A stretch of 63,364 nt of DNA, counting the filler, from Phoronis australis (Eukaryota; Animalia; Phoronida): assembly GCA_002633005.1 (NCBI GenBank). It is 12 parts of 12 records of this genome, joined end to end, with 100 filler letters (N's around TTAATTAATTAA, not from the genome) between each part and the next. Parts side by side here need not be neighbours in the genome. Positions count along the whole stretch, not along the records: positions 33,090 to 39,119 come from NMRA01002239.1; positions 39,220 to 43,509 come from NMRA01002632.1; positions 43,610 to 47,430 come from NMRA01002824.1; positions 47,531 to 55,212 come from NMRA01000161.1; 8 more parts are not named here. One strand, written 5' to 3'. The position numbers and the translations under genes were made by a program. Shown piece after piece: positions 37,313 through 49,459 of this stretch. Under the pieces are notes generated by a model. The model was not told the origin of the DNA and did not search any database. It saw only the letters and a list, made by a program, of their open reading frames with translations. Within the stretch, counting starts at the first letter, position 1. Each line of letters opens with the position of its first letter.

Positions 37313-38530
37313 GTGTGGAGTCCATTTTCTATTGGTGCACACAGTGACGAGGAGTTTCAGGAGAGGTCCATTTACTCGCATGAAGAGTACGTCAACATGG
37401 TGTTGAGGAGTGGTCACATGATGACACACGACTACTCTCAGGAGTCGACGGAGGAGGACCCTCGTATGATTGCGTTCTTTGACTCGCTTGTCCAGCGCGA
37501 GTTGGAAGGTTGGAGTGATAGCAGCGATAGTGATGACAACCAGGGAGTCAATAATGGTGGCGCAATGACTGACGATGCACGTCTGCAGTTTTATGAGTCA
37601 GTACTTCGCAGTGAGTCTACAAATGGTAGTGATTCAGCTTCTGATGTGCACGATGGTGGTGATGATTCTGACCCTGATGTGCTTTCATCTGATGACAGTG
37701 GTCGTCTTCGAAGTGCTAGTGACAGTGGTAATGCCAGTAGCGGTAGTAACAGTCACCGCGCTGTGTTGGAGAATGTCGCCTTGGGCGCTCAAGAAATATT
37801 GGACGCTCTGGACCGAGTGCAGAGGGAGCTGGATACTTTGTCAGATGTTGAAGGGGATGATAGCGCTGCTGCTGCTGCTCCTGCGGCAGGGCAGAATAAA
37901 CGCAGTATTTCAGAACTGATCGCTCAGAAGCGGGAGAATATTGCAAAGAAAATAGCCAGTAAGAACCGACCCAAAACATTGTCTAAAAAGACTGATTCGT
38001 CATCGAATACACTGAGTGGGAGTTCCCTGTCATCTTCAAGCTCCGAGTCGGACGTAGAATCGAGTCAAGACAGGTCTGAGGTTCGTTCTAAAAGCAATAG
38101 CATAAAGTCTAAATTAAAAAGACTTCGTCACATGAGAAAAGATGTTCTTGATAGCAACTCGGATTCTACACCAGATGATGACGATGAAAACCCCAGTGGA
38201 AAAAGCTATTCTAGCAAAAATGGAGCTTTGGACTCTACTGAACCATCGGATCTGACAACGCCATACACTACAAGTCAACAGACATCAACAGACACTGTTG
38301 TCGGAGGTAGTAAAAGTACTTGTGTTTCTGACAATGGAGCCTTTCCCAGCACTTCACGGACACAGGCACTCAGTCCGAGTGAAGAGGAGGGGCCCACATG
38401 GGCCAAATTTAAACGATTTAGGAACAAACTAGAAAAAGCTCGGAGACACTATAGGAGACGAGTGTCACAGTCAAGTGACGAGGAGTCCCAAGGTAACGAG
38501 AAGAAGAAGAAGAAGGCGAGACATAAATGA
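37313..38530 (+). CDS. DCAF5: DCAF5 terminal exon
   Basis: VWSPF...HDYSQESTEEDPRMIAFFDSLVQRELEGWS, then a long Ser/Asp-rich tail and a basic C-terminus. Confidence 0.92.
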   Translation: MWSPFSIGAHSDEEFQERSIYSHEEYVNMVLRSGHMMTHDYSQESTEEDPRMIAFFDSLVQRELEGWSDSSDSDDNQGVNNGGAMTDDARLQFYESVLRSESTNGSDSASDVHDGGDDSDPDVLSSDDSGRLRSASDSGNASSGSNSHRAVLENVALGAQEILDALDRVQRELDTLSDVEGDDSAAAAAPAAGQNKRSISELIAQKRENIAKKIASKNRPKTLSKKTDSSSNTLSGSSLSSSSSESDVESSQDRSEVRSKSNSIKSKLKRLRHMRKDVLDSNSDSTPDDDDENPSGKSYSSKNGALDSTEPSDLTTPYTTSQQTSTDTVVGGSKSTCVSDNGAFPSTSRTQALSPSEEEGPTWAKFKRFRNKLEKARRHYRRRVSQSSDEESQGNEKKKKKARHK

Positions 38531-39504
38531 GGCTATTGTTTTTGTTAAGGACACGTTTTGGCACATTTTTGTTAAGGATAAACAAGGCAAGGTTTTGACA
38601 CATTTTATGTGTTCAGATATTACCTATTGTACTGTGGCCAGTTCTAAGAAAACTGACTTAGCTAAGACAAATCTTTGATTTCAGCCAATTTTAAGATAAA
38701 ACAAATTTTCTCAAGTCCGTTTCAAGAAAGAGATCTTAACTTTGACAAAGTTTTTGTCTTACGTTTTATCGTAATTTTGACTATTTTTACCGCATGTGGA
38801 AGTTTCAAAGTTTTTTAAGTCAAAAATGAATTTAAGTCAGTTTCTTGGAATGGGTTCCTGATCTTTTGATGCTCTCCTCCATTCTTTAAACAGTGGGGGA
38901 CCTGCTTCATGAAAAATGACTCAAAACTGCATGAAATTTGGTCTTGCGCTCCACACAACTGTTTTTAGCTAAATACAAAGTCTTTGAGATTATACTCATA
39001 ATTGCTAATAATACTGTAGACTTAATTGCTACTCTGTGATGTGCCAACAATTACATAAAAGTTCTGAATTAAAGATGTATAGTCTCATTAAATTATGAAT
39101 ATGCAAACGAAGTACTAATNNNNNNNNNNNNNNNNNNNNNNNNNNNNNNNNNNNNNNNNNNNNTTAATTAATTAANNNNNNNNNNNNNNNNNNNNNNNNN
39201 NNNNNNNNNNNNNNNNNNNACCGATTTATGCGATCGTCCATTTTAGGCCGACTTGGGGGTCTAAATTGCACCCTCTCTCGGTGAAATCAAAACGAAGCAA
39301 CGCTGTAAAAAAACGAGACGGTGCCGGACATTGAATGCATTACAACGGAACAAAAATTGGTGTCATTTAATTCTCAGATTATGCTTCAAGTAAGATTCTA
39401 TGAAATGTCCAATATTTAGGTTCCGTCCGATAATTAGGTACACTATGTGTATGTGTATGTGTATATGCTATGGGATGGTCACTCTACCACAGTTGAGACA
39501 GTGG

Positions 39505-39620
39505 CACTGGTCGGATACATGTATAGTGGTTCCTGAATTTGAGAACCAGTTTCACTCACTGAATAATGATGGGACCTTTGCCTCGTTCTCAAAATCAGGG
39601 ACCACTACATCCGACCAGTG
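39505..39620. mobile_element. MITE family A
   Basis: CACTGGTCGGAT...ATCCGACCAGTG TIRs. Confidence 0.8.
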
Positions 39621-40302
39621 CCACCGGGGGCACCGTCTAGGGTTCATTGGGATCACTTAACTCATTGTGGAAGAAATAAAGCCTGGCAAATGAGTTGAAT
39701 GAAGGTCATAAAACATGGTCCTCGCAGATCCAGTTACACAATGCTAGCCTACAAGTTAGCCTACAACTGTGACAACCTAAGTTCTAACACCACAATTTCA
39801 CAAAAACGCAGTCAACAGGCACCGGTTAACTTCAGGTTTATTGAACATCAGTAGAAAAGATTCTCTTCACTGCATCACTACATACCATGACAATTGTAAC
39901 TACAAAGATGCAGTTTTTTTATGAGAAGGATACATAATTTATGCACAAAATCGTTAAACTGTCGAGCAAAGCAGACGGCGCAATTTTGCTTTAAAATGGC
40001 CGCGGAAATTGTACACATGTTTTGATGACGTCCTTATCGACATTTTTCGTTTATTTTAATATTTGAGGAAATAAAATAGGCAACAATACACTTTAAGCAT
40101 CTTTATCACACATTTTTATGATTAAAGGATTCATGAAAAACGAAATAAAAAAACAAATATTCGTCAGAAGCTGTGTGCTTGTGACGTCATGCACAACCTA
40201 GTTGGTGGTTGAGTTTATTTGGGGAGTACCTGCGAAATATTTCAGGCGTATCTGATTGTTTACGTACTAATTACTGCCCATTTCATGGGCATGGACGGCG
40301 AC

Positions 40303-40365
40303 ATGGCTAAAAACCCTAATGGTCAAAACAAGGGAGTAAACACTGTTGTGGAGGTGAAGAGTAAG
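40303..40365 (+). CDS. Probable first coding exon of an unidentified gene (MAKNPNGQNKGVNTVVEVKSK)
   Basis: GACATGG start context, consensus AAG|GTAAGT donor, TGACGTCA (CRE) about 120 bp upstream. No downstream exon recognised. Confidence 0.4.
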
Positions 40366-40612
40366 GTAAGTCTGAATTTACGGGAACTCCGCCCTCGGAG
40401 TCTGACTGAGTCTGATTTGAATGGACTGAGTGACACACTCTTATCGGAATACCGCTTATCATCGTCACTGTTCTGTCCCCTGACTCTGTTATGTTACTGT
40501 TTTCTGTTCTCATTGTAAGTCTACTTAGAAGTGCTTATACAAATGCTGTGGGTGTAGCATAAGAAAGGTACGATGGAAACTATGGTGTGGGTGACCACAG
40601 CACCATGATCCA

Positions 40613-41115
40613 TAGGCAATGACCATCGCCTCTGTTGGCCCGAACCAGAGGCGATGCAGAGGCTATAGGCGCTCTGTACGCCGGAAGCTTTTCGGCAAAT
40701 TATGCCTCGCACCGACTAAACCATCAAAGTCACATTGTTATAAATACCTTTTGCGCATAGAGGAACACCTGAGGAGGTTGTCGATGTGTTTAATTCCTTC
40801 CAACTCCAACAAATACTCCCATTATCAAACTTTTTCTTCGAGCAGTCCCTATTTCAGTTCCCAAAATCGTGAACTCACCATTTTTATACTGCGCACGCTC
40901 CAATTTTTACCGCGCTTGCTAGGTGATGTGACTTCATGACCTCAATTTTTAAATAGGCCAAAGGTGAGCCATTGCGGTCTTGTCAGTCAAATGTTTGTTT
41001 CCAAAATGCCACCACTTATACTTGTCTTTAATTGGCGTTACTTGAAACTGATTGTATTTCAATGGATTATTGTTTGTCTCTGATTCGGGCCAACAGAGGC
41101 GATGGTCATTGCCTA
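40613..41115 (+). mobile_element. Complete ~500-bp TIR element family D
   Basis: Perfect 32-bp TIR TAGGCAATGACCATCGCCTCTGTTGGCCCGAA. CATGATCC is duplicated at 40604-40611 and 41116-41123. Confidence 0.88.
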
Positions 41116-41132
41116 CATGATCCGATGATCGG

Positions 41133-41237
41133 CACCGGTCGGATCTAAAGAGAACCAGTTCCATTCGCTAAATAATGGGCCTTTTATTCAGTGATTGTCT
41201 GGTTATCTTAATCAGGGACTGCTATATTCGACCAGTG
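41133..41237. mobile_element. MITE family A (degenerate)
   Basis: CACCGGTCGGAT...TTCGACCAGTG. Confidence 0.7.
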
Positions 41238-41454
41238 CCCCCATGATCAATCCATGCATCATGAACATCTGATTGAAACTGGTGTTCTTCAAATTGTCAC
41301 CACTCCACTCACCATTATTGTCTCTGAGAATTTGTAGGTCAAGTAATTGACACTGTTTAGATACAGTTCATAGTTCTTGATTTTGGGAATCAGAGGAATC
41401 AGGCTTTTGGTTTCCTAAACTACACCAGATACCACAAAATTCAGCCAGTGATAG

Positions 41455-41576
41455 CACTGGTCTGTTATAGTGCAAAGTATCTGATTTAGAGAACCACGCA
41501 ATCGCCAGATCATGAGGCTGGTACTCAACGAATGAAACTGGTTCCTTAAATCAGGGAGTGCTATATCTGACCATTG
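41455..41576. mobile_element. MITE family A (degenerate)
   Basis: CACTGGTCTGTTATAG...CTATATCTGACCATTG. Confidence 0.7.
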
Positions 41577-44500
41577 CTGGCACTGACAGTGAACATAGCC
41601 AGCTTCAGAATTGTTGTACAGACACTAGACAGTGTCCGTTATTCCCAACAGCCATTTTGAAGAGAGTCCCATCTACTTAGCTTGAACCCATACACCATGT
41701 ATTATCAGCATGGACTACTTAGGGGGAGGTATTCGTATGTTCACTTTTAGCATTGTCGATGTTAAAATCTCTTTGTCTACTATCTCACATAAGAACTGGC
41801 AATAAAATCTTTAGGAGTGGTTTGTTCCAAGTTAGTCACATTTTGGGAATGGCCTAACATACTTTGGTCAAAGCTTATAACTTCATTTTAGTCTATCCCA
41901 TCCAAAAGTATTTATAAAAAGAGGTTTTTGGCTGTGAAACTGATGATGTTCCTTAAAGCTTATATTCAGAATGGGTAAATGAGTGTAAAGCATGGTATAT
42001 GTCAAGAACTTTTTGTGTTAAATGTGTCCTTGGTTAGTTTCGCCTTCTCCATGTTCATGTGTTCATAGTTTATGTGTAATCTCTACCACACTGTTCCTTT
42101 TTACTTTAAGCAGAACAAACTTCCTATGAGTCAGTTAGATTACCCGGAACTGTCTGATGTCTAAGTTGAATGTTATACAAGTGATTTAGTTTTGATTTGC
42201 GTATAGTAGGTAGTTTTTAGAATCTGATACTCATTTTAAAAAGGCTTGTTTAAAAATTGTGTTCATGATAGTGATTTTGTCCTCATATTTCTCAGTGGAC
42301 TTGAATTAACAACTGTTTTCTTCTACATATTATATGATTACCCAAGGACAAAAGCACATCAGGTGTTAACCAAGTATAACCCCCCCCCCCTTTCTTTCCA
42401 AGAGGATCTCAAATTTACCCTGTGGATAGTATTGTTGTTCTTTGGCCTGGTTCCTGACTGTGGCTTGCAAGTCGACACCACACCCTTTGTTCTGCTTTTG
42501 TTTTGATCTACTCTTCACATCTCTCTGTTATCTCTCTCTGAATCACCAGCCCAAGTGTTATAGCTAACCAACAAGTATCTTCAGCTATCCTGGATGTTTG
42601 TAAGTTGAGAACTCTGTTGACACTGCCTGGTGATAAGGCTAAAGTGTAAACAGTGGTGTTTGGTATTTTATTTAGTACTACCTGAATTCAAACAATGGGG
42701 TGATATTTTAATGTGTTTCAAGGTTATAAAAATACACTAAAGCTGCCTTGACCTTTGCCTAGGGAGGTTTAGCTACGACACTTAAATCACTCTGTACTTG
42801 GCAAGATACAAGTTCATCAATGTTCATAGATCAGCACCTATATATCACGGAATGAAACAATGGCCTTGCTGTGTTCGCCAGCCACTTCCGTACACAGGGG
42901 TCGTCTGAACCCACCTCCCAATATTGTTGGGTTTTCTTGGTATCCTTGAAAACTGTTCTCCCTTCCTACTCATGTGAACCTGTTACACATTTCCAGCTGT
43001 ATTTACAATTTACTTCTCATCATTCCTGTTGCACATTTACAGGCTATTAATCCAAAGATGTGTAAAGTGTTAAGTGGGAGGATTCTCAATTATGACACTT
43101 GTTTATTGATTCAGTTTGGTCAAGCCTGTGGTCTGTAATTAGATGGAATTAATAGCTCAAGAGGTGCTCCACATGAATTGATGTCATGGTGACTTACTAG
43201 GCTGGCAGAGGGAGGGGTAGTGCGATAACCCTGAAGCTATCCAGACAAGCTGGTGCCTTGATTCTTTGAGTTTTCCAACAAATTCACTTTTAGCAGCCAA
43301 TAGGCTGTGGGAATGCTTGCATTGCACCACATTTTTCTGTTATGAATCAATACATATTTTGCAAGTAAAGTAACATTTGGCCTGTTGCTTAGTGCATTAC
43401 TGTTGAAGTTATGTGGTGGTTGAAGTTGTTCCATTTGTTTTATCCTGTTGGGTATGTATAATGCAATAGTCACTTGCCAGAATACCACCCCTCCTGTTGG
43501 GTATGTATANNNNNNNNNNNNNNNNNNNNNNNNNNNNNNNNNNNNNNNNNNNNTTAATTAATTAANNNNNNNNNNNNNNNNNNNNNNNNNNNNNNNNNNN
43601 NNNNNNNNNTTTAGTATGTGGTATAAATAGATTATTACATGTTCTCAGCCGTTATCGCCCCTCGGGCGATAATTCTCCAAAATCCACTCGGGCTCTATCG
43701 GGGCTAACGCCCCTCGGGCGATATTGTTTTTGCTTTTTATTCGTGACATTGAGTTTTGCTTCAACGATATTTCTGATCTACTGATAAACCATCAGCCTGC
43801 CCACTGCACATAACAAGCATTTGAATTGAGCCCAGTCTTGACGGTTAAATCGGAGGGCAACCTTTCTTCGTGTCGTGTTCAGTAAAAATACGGTTAGCTG
43901 GTTATCCCACACATAAGCTTCAGTTAATTACGGCTCTTCGCAATTGTATTAATTAGTCGTGCAAGACCCCGGAAGTGACGTTTAGGGGATTAAGAATGTC
44001 CTGCCATTTCGTTTCCAGTGCGTTTGAGTTACTGTGAGGATCTGTTCTACTGTTGTTTTTGTGCTGGTCTTCTAAAATTGTCGTCACCACTTCCCATCGA
44101 CAAGCTAGGTTGTTAGAGAACTCAATTACGTTAGATTTAGGAATCTTTCAGTTTAACTATAGTAGCAGTGTGTGGATATATGTGTGAGCCCGAGTATAGT
44201 GCGACAGAATGCAGACAGCTGTTGAGAGGGATGAGGCTGAGACTGAGGACAGACGTGGTGGGACATCTTGATGCAAATGCAAGGTGTGCACTGTTACTCC
44301 AACCTCAATGGAAGCCTATGCTGTTCCCACTGGATAGTTACCTGAGCACCCACTGAAACCGCTCACATCCAGCCGTGCAACTCCCTCGCCACACACTTGG
44401 CACCTTCTAAATAGCCCCAGTATGACAGTCAAGTCCACAATAAACTTGTCAAAGGTTGGCTTACCGGCCTGCGGAACAGCACGCTCTGGGGGTACGTTCG

Positions 44501-44684
44501 GAGGCACGTGTGACAGTACGCCTCCAGTCACTCTAAAGGCCACATGTCGCGAGGCTACTCGCTTCAAAAAGGCATTTCCAGGGGGTGGCGACGGAGCACT
44601 ACGTACCGGTAATCAACGGCGACAGTATGGCCGCAGCCTTCTTCAGGCGTGGTTTTGCAGGAACCTTCATCAATTCCGTGTATA

Positions 44685-45440
44685 CATAGGCGGATTTAGG
44701 GGGGGGCCCGGNNNNNNNNNNNNNNNNNNNNNNNNNNNNNNNNNNNNNNNNNNNNNNNNNNNNNNNNNNNNNNNNNNNNNNNNNNNNNNNNNNNNNNNNN
44801 NNNNNNNNNNNNNNNNNNNNNNNNNNNNNNNNNNNNNNNNNNNNNNNNNNNNNNNNNNNNNNNNNNNNNNNNNNNNNNNNNNNNNNNNNNNNNNNNNNNN
44901 NNNNNNNNNNNNNNNNNNNNNNNNNNNNNNNNNNNNNNNNNNNNNNNNNNNNNNNNNNNNNNNNNNNNNNNNNNNNNNNNNNNNNNNNNNNNNNNNNNNN
45001 NNNNNNNNNNNNNNNNNNNNNNNNNNNNNNNNNNNNNNNNNNNNNNNNNNNNNNNNNNNNNNNNNNNNNNNNNNNNNNNNNNNNNNNNNNNNNNNNNNNN
45101 NNNNNNNNNNNNNNNNNNNNNNNNNNNNNNNNNNNNNNNNNNNNNNNNNNNNNNNNNNNNNNNNNNNNNNNNNNNNNNNNNNNNNNNNNNNNNNNNNNNN
45201 NNNNNNNNTTTTTTTTTTTGCCTTTTTTTTCTTGGATAATACTTCAGGAATCAAGAAAAATGCTTGATTTTTAGAGGTAAAAACAGAAAAATTTCCTGGG
45301 CGGGAGGGGGGACAAACCCCCCTCCCGACCTCCCTCCATTCGGTGCTATGCGCATCTACAATCGTGGTTCACTTTGCGCAAATGCTTCCAGCCGGACAAA
45401 ATGTTGGCCCCCCCCTTGTGATATCCTAGATCCGCCAGTG
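44685..45440. mobile_element. Family C-related insertion (gapped) splitting the THAP domain
   Basis: CATAGGCGGATT...GATCCGCCAGTG with GTATA on both sides. Removing it restores DIY|TELMKVPAKPRLKK. Confidence 0.7.
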
Positions 45441-45654
45441 GTATATATCTCGTTCGTAATCCAACGGCAAAAAATGCTTGCCACACACTCAGTAATTTTC
45501 CACTGCTTTGTACGTTGAGTTGACGGTAACGCTGAGTTCTTCACACGAACAGGCCAAGTACGGCGGAACGTCTCATCTTTCGGCAAGCGGTGTAATGGCA
45601 TACTCAAAGTGCGCGAGACGTAGTACACTCGTGTACGCAGCAACCACGCGGCAT
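45441..45654 (-). pseudogene. THAP domain of the Kolobok-like transposase (frameshifted)
   Basis: MPRGCCVHEC / PLHRLPKDETFRRTW / VCGKHF give a C2CH THAP signature across frames. Confidence 0.8.
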
Positions 45655-47980
45655 GTTGACTGACTCGTAAACAAACGCGAACGACAAATGAAATTACCAC
45701 AACTCCTTTAACTGAGTGTATATTCTGGCAGTTTACTAACAAAACAAATGGAGGTTGGGGTTAAAGCTAAAAGATAAAAGGCTGATTGGTAAATGATAAA
45801 AATTTCACGAAAATGATCATCTGTATATTATAGGTGCGTTTTTTGCGCAACAGAGATGATCCTTCTGCCTTGCCCCAGATTCGTATGTAGACAGAATAGT
45901 TGACACGGGAGGGTAGCATTGCGTCACGGGTTCTGTGCGTCTTACGTTGTTTGTGTTCCAGACTCTATGTGTTCCGGGTTCTAAGTGTTATAGTCCAGGC
46001 GCTCAGAGAGAGAGAGAGAGTTTTGTGATTGTTTTTCGATCCTGATATAGGGGAAAAATTTTGACCTTATTAACCATGATTGGCATGTATAATTAGGTCA
46101 AATTTTGGCGTAGTAGCATAACTTACATGCGGGCATACTACCTCTGGAACAACTTGACAGAATCTCATGATCTTAGGGTCAATTCTTATGTTCACCAGAG
46201 TGCCCAATAAATTTTGACACTTTATCCTGATAAAGTCAGGATCACAGCTATCTTTAGCCAAAAAAGTACTTAACATTCAAACCACAGGAAGCAGGTTTCA
46301 TAAGAAATTGCCATACTTGGTGGAAGAGGACCATTTTGAGTTGCTCTTTCAAACCTGGTCACAACCCAAGTTTTCGTAGATGACTGGCTGGAGCATAGAA
46401 CAGACATTACGTCGGGCGTTTTGTTTAAGTAGACTTGTGAACGTAGCCTACATCTAGATTTGTAAAATGATATAGGCCTACTCAAGCCAGTCTTCAGTCT
46501 ATCGCGCACCGAAAGCTAGTATCACCGGTCAGTAACAACCTGCGCCCCGGCCCATGCACCACAAGGACACACTACAATCGTGACTTAGTGTTTGAAATAA
46601 GCCCCTGTATATTTTTGAACTTCTTATCCTAAATGCACGTGCAAATTTGACTGAGCCTATATGTGTACGTCTTCACACGATTAGCTATTCAGTATGTCAT
46701 GTACAGATGTTAAATTCGTTGACGACAATCGCATACAATCTGCAGAGTTTGCATAGAATTGGTCGCGTAGCTATACAAAGATTACAACAAACTCCAAGCC
46801 CCATCACTACACTTAATATGAAGATGAAAGTTAATGCAAGTCCTGCCAAATTCTTTTTCACATATGCACGGAAACTCATATTACTGCCAAATACTGCACC
46901 AGGAACCCGTTGAATTTTTATACAAACGTAGGTATTTGATCGGCTGTTGGGTAATTCCCAGAATCCCACGTGACCGAGCTCAATCAATTCTTTACTTCAA
47001 TGGGGCTATTCGATAATCTTTACATTACCAGCTAGAGGGCGCGCGTATACCAGTGGTGCTAGACTAAGCAGCCTTGATTTCGCGAGCCCTTTAAATACAT
47101 GGTAAAATGGCTTGCAGCCGTGCCAACTGAATCTGAGATTGCGTGAAAAGGGTGCTTCTATGACAGGAAGTAAGCATGACATTTCAGAATTTTACAAGGA
47201 ATTTGTTGATGAACCTTTTACATGTCATTGAAAAAGGCGAAAATACAAACACGCGAGTGATATTTCTTCAGGCAGCCCTTAGCGGCTTCACGGGCAATAA
47301 AATGTCCAATCGACCGAATAGATTCGTCGACCACAGATCTACCCTGTGGTTTTTCCGCTTGATCCCAGACCGCCCCGAGTTGCTCCAGCAGCCAACTCGG
47401 GGCGGTCTCTCACGAGGGTTTAGCGTTATGNNNNNNNNNNNNNNNNNNNNNNNNNNNNNNNNNNNNNNNNNNNNTTAATTAATTAANNNNNNNNNNNNNN
47501 NNNNNNNNNNNNNNNNNNNNNNNNNNNNNNTTGCCAACCTTTGAATTCAGAAATCGATAGGCAGCAACGAAATCGGTAACCCATTAAGGCACTTGTACTG
47601 TCCCTTCGGTCGCCACACATCTTCTATAACACGGCAGTTACATTCATCAAAATATTGAGAATTTGACATCTTTCCGTGAGTTGTGAGATTTGCTCAAAGT
47701 ACGAGAGCTTCCCACCTTAATAAAATTTGGAGGGTTGACAAAACCATTGTCACATTTCTCTGGCCTGATTTTCTCGAATATATGATTTATCTAGTGCACT
47801 ACAGACGGAAACTCGGCGCGGCAGAAAAAGTCGCTGAAAACGGAGGTTTTGACGCCGCGGCGTTCTTAAACTTTGCAAACATGGGAAGAAAAGAAAGTGA
47901 CAAAAACGTTCAAGTATTATATTTTGAAATGAGCCCATGACCCTAGACAATAACTCGTTACTTGTATAGTAATTCACATT

Positions 47981-48263
47981 GCTAAACCACCGTTTGGGAG
48001 GCCCGGAGTCGTTGCGCTCATTGTGATCATCAATCTTTTCTAAAAGTCGGGGAATCGCGTGTTTCCTTAGCACTGGGCGCTAAATTGTCATTTTTTAAAA
48101 ATCGGGGATGGGCGCTTAACCGAGAGGTGGGCGCTTAACTGGAAATCTTCAAAAATCGCAGGGGGGCACTCAACTGAGCACTGGGCGGTTAAATCGAAAA
48201 TCCACCTAAAGTAGAGGGTGGGCGGTTAACTGAGCATGGGCGTTAACCCGAACGTTTACGGTA
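47981..48263. mobile_element. End of a TA-flanked (Tc1/mariner-pogo-like) element, copy 1
   Basis: Ends CGTTAACCCGAACGTTTACGG|TA with GGGCGCTTAAC subterminal repeats. Inverted relative at about 21230. Confidence 0.7.
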
Positions 48264-49192
48264 AGTTCAAAGTGATCCATTCCGGATGTGAGGCTTGATC
48301 ACTGTTTCACACTTTCGCCATAGAAATGTATGAGTACAGAGGTCAGACGTCAAGGCAATGAACTAGACAGATAGTAAGATTTTTTAACTGAACATTATAT
48401 AGTGTCAGTCATGGATTATCTTAAAGCAGAAAAGCCCATGTATTAGGTAGACCGGTGAGTCTCCCAATTCTTACATTTTACCTAGTGTTGGGTAGAAGTC
48501 ACTTACAGGGGTCCAGCATTTGAAAAACGGTTTTCTTCTCTGAATTAAGCAGGCACCAAACTGGTGCTCAAAATGCAGACTCCTGTAAGTGGCTTGATGC
48601 CCACTGTTGTATATTTCTGACTCCCAGATTATCCTATTTATATCAAATGCAATATCGCACTGCGGCACTGTTCGGTCCCGCTGTTAGCGCGCAATGTCTC
48701 AGTCGGCTGACAATTGAGACTTTGAAATGCTTTCAAGTAATATACCGGTAACGGCCTCTTTCAATATGCGTGTTGTTTTTTAGACCAAAGATAGCGGCGG
48801 GATTCAGCACGCACATAGGGCCTACGTGTGAGTCACCTGTCAATTACATGTTGGTGTCAAGGTAACATGCACTCCAAAGTGTGGGAACTTGTGCACGTGC
48901 ACCACTACAAAGTCACACATCAAAAGAGAATAGCGACAGTCCTAAGTAACAAAAACTGGCGTGACTATGTACTTTTAAGATGTTGTTATGCAAGACCCAG
49001 TTCTTTACGATATTCCTCCGTTGCCAATGTTCTCCAAAACTGCGATGTCAAGTCTATTCCGATATTTCCCGGCTCGATACTCCCAGCCCATGCCCGTAGC
49101 TAGCTGTGTGAATCTCCTACCCACCATCGCCAATTTTCAGTCAGACTACGTCATTGATATTTCAGACTCGAATAGTAAGAATTTTTGTTCAG

Positions 49193-49459
49193 GCTAAACC
49201 ACCGTCTCGGAGGCCCGGCATCGTTGCGCTCATTGTGATCATCAATCTTTTTCTAAAAGTCGGGGAATCGCGAGTTTCCTTAGCACTGGGCGCTAAATCT
49301 TCATTCTTCAAAAGCCGGGTATGGACGCTTAACCGAAAAATCTTCAAAAATCGCAAGGGGGGGGCTTAACTGAGCAGAGGGCGGCTAAATCGAAAATCCA
49401 CCTAAAGTAGGGGGTGGGCGGTTACCTGAGCATGGACGTTAACCCGAACGTTTACGGTA
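49193..49459. mobile_element. End of the same TA-flanked element, copy 2
   Basis: Direct repeat of 47981-48263. Confidence 0.7.

Larger units (their letters stand above)
43849..45660. mobile_element. Kolobok-like internally deleted transposon, copy B (right terminus not found)
   Basis: TTAA|ATCGGAGGGCAACC terminus. KolX-like relic at 44168-44325 (+; YMCEPEYS, CKCKVC..PTSME). Transposase relic on the - strand. Confidence 0.75.

Noticed and set aside
43651-43725. GCCCCTCGGGC hairpins as Crypton-like ends
   Set aside because: A single truncated instance at a scaffold edge with no partner or recombinase.
44422-45267. Long ORFs spanning N runs (also 11088-11617 and 47176-47478)
   Set aside because: Their length comes from X-translated gaps.
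46697-46987. ORF with a hydrophobic segment (LAGLALTFIFILSVVMGLGV)
   Set aside because: No recognisable family or convincing splice structure.
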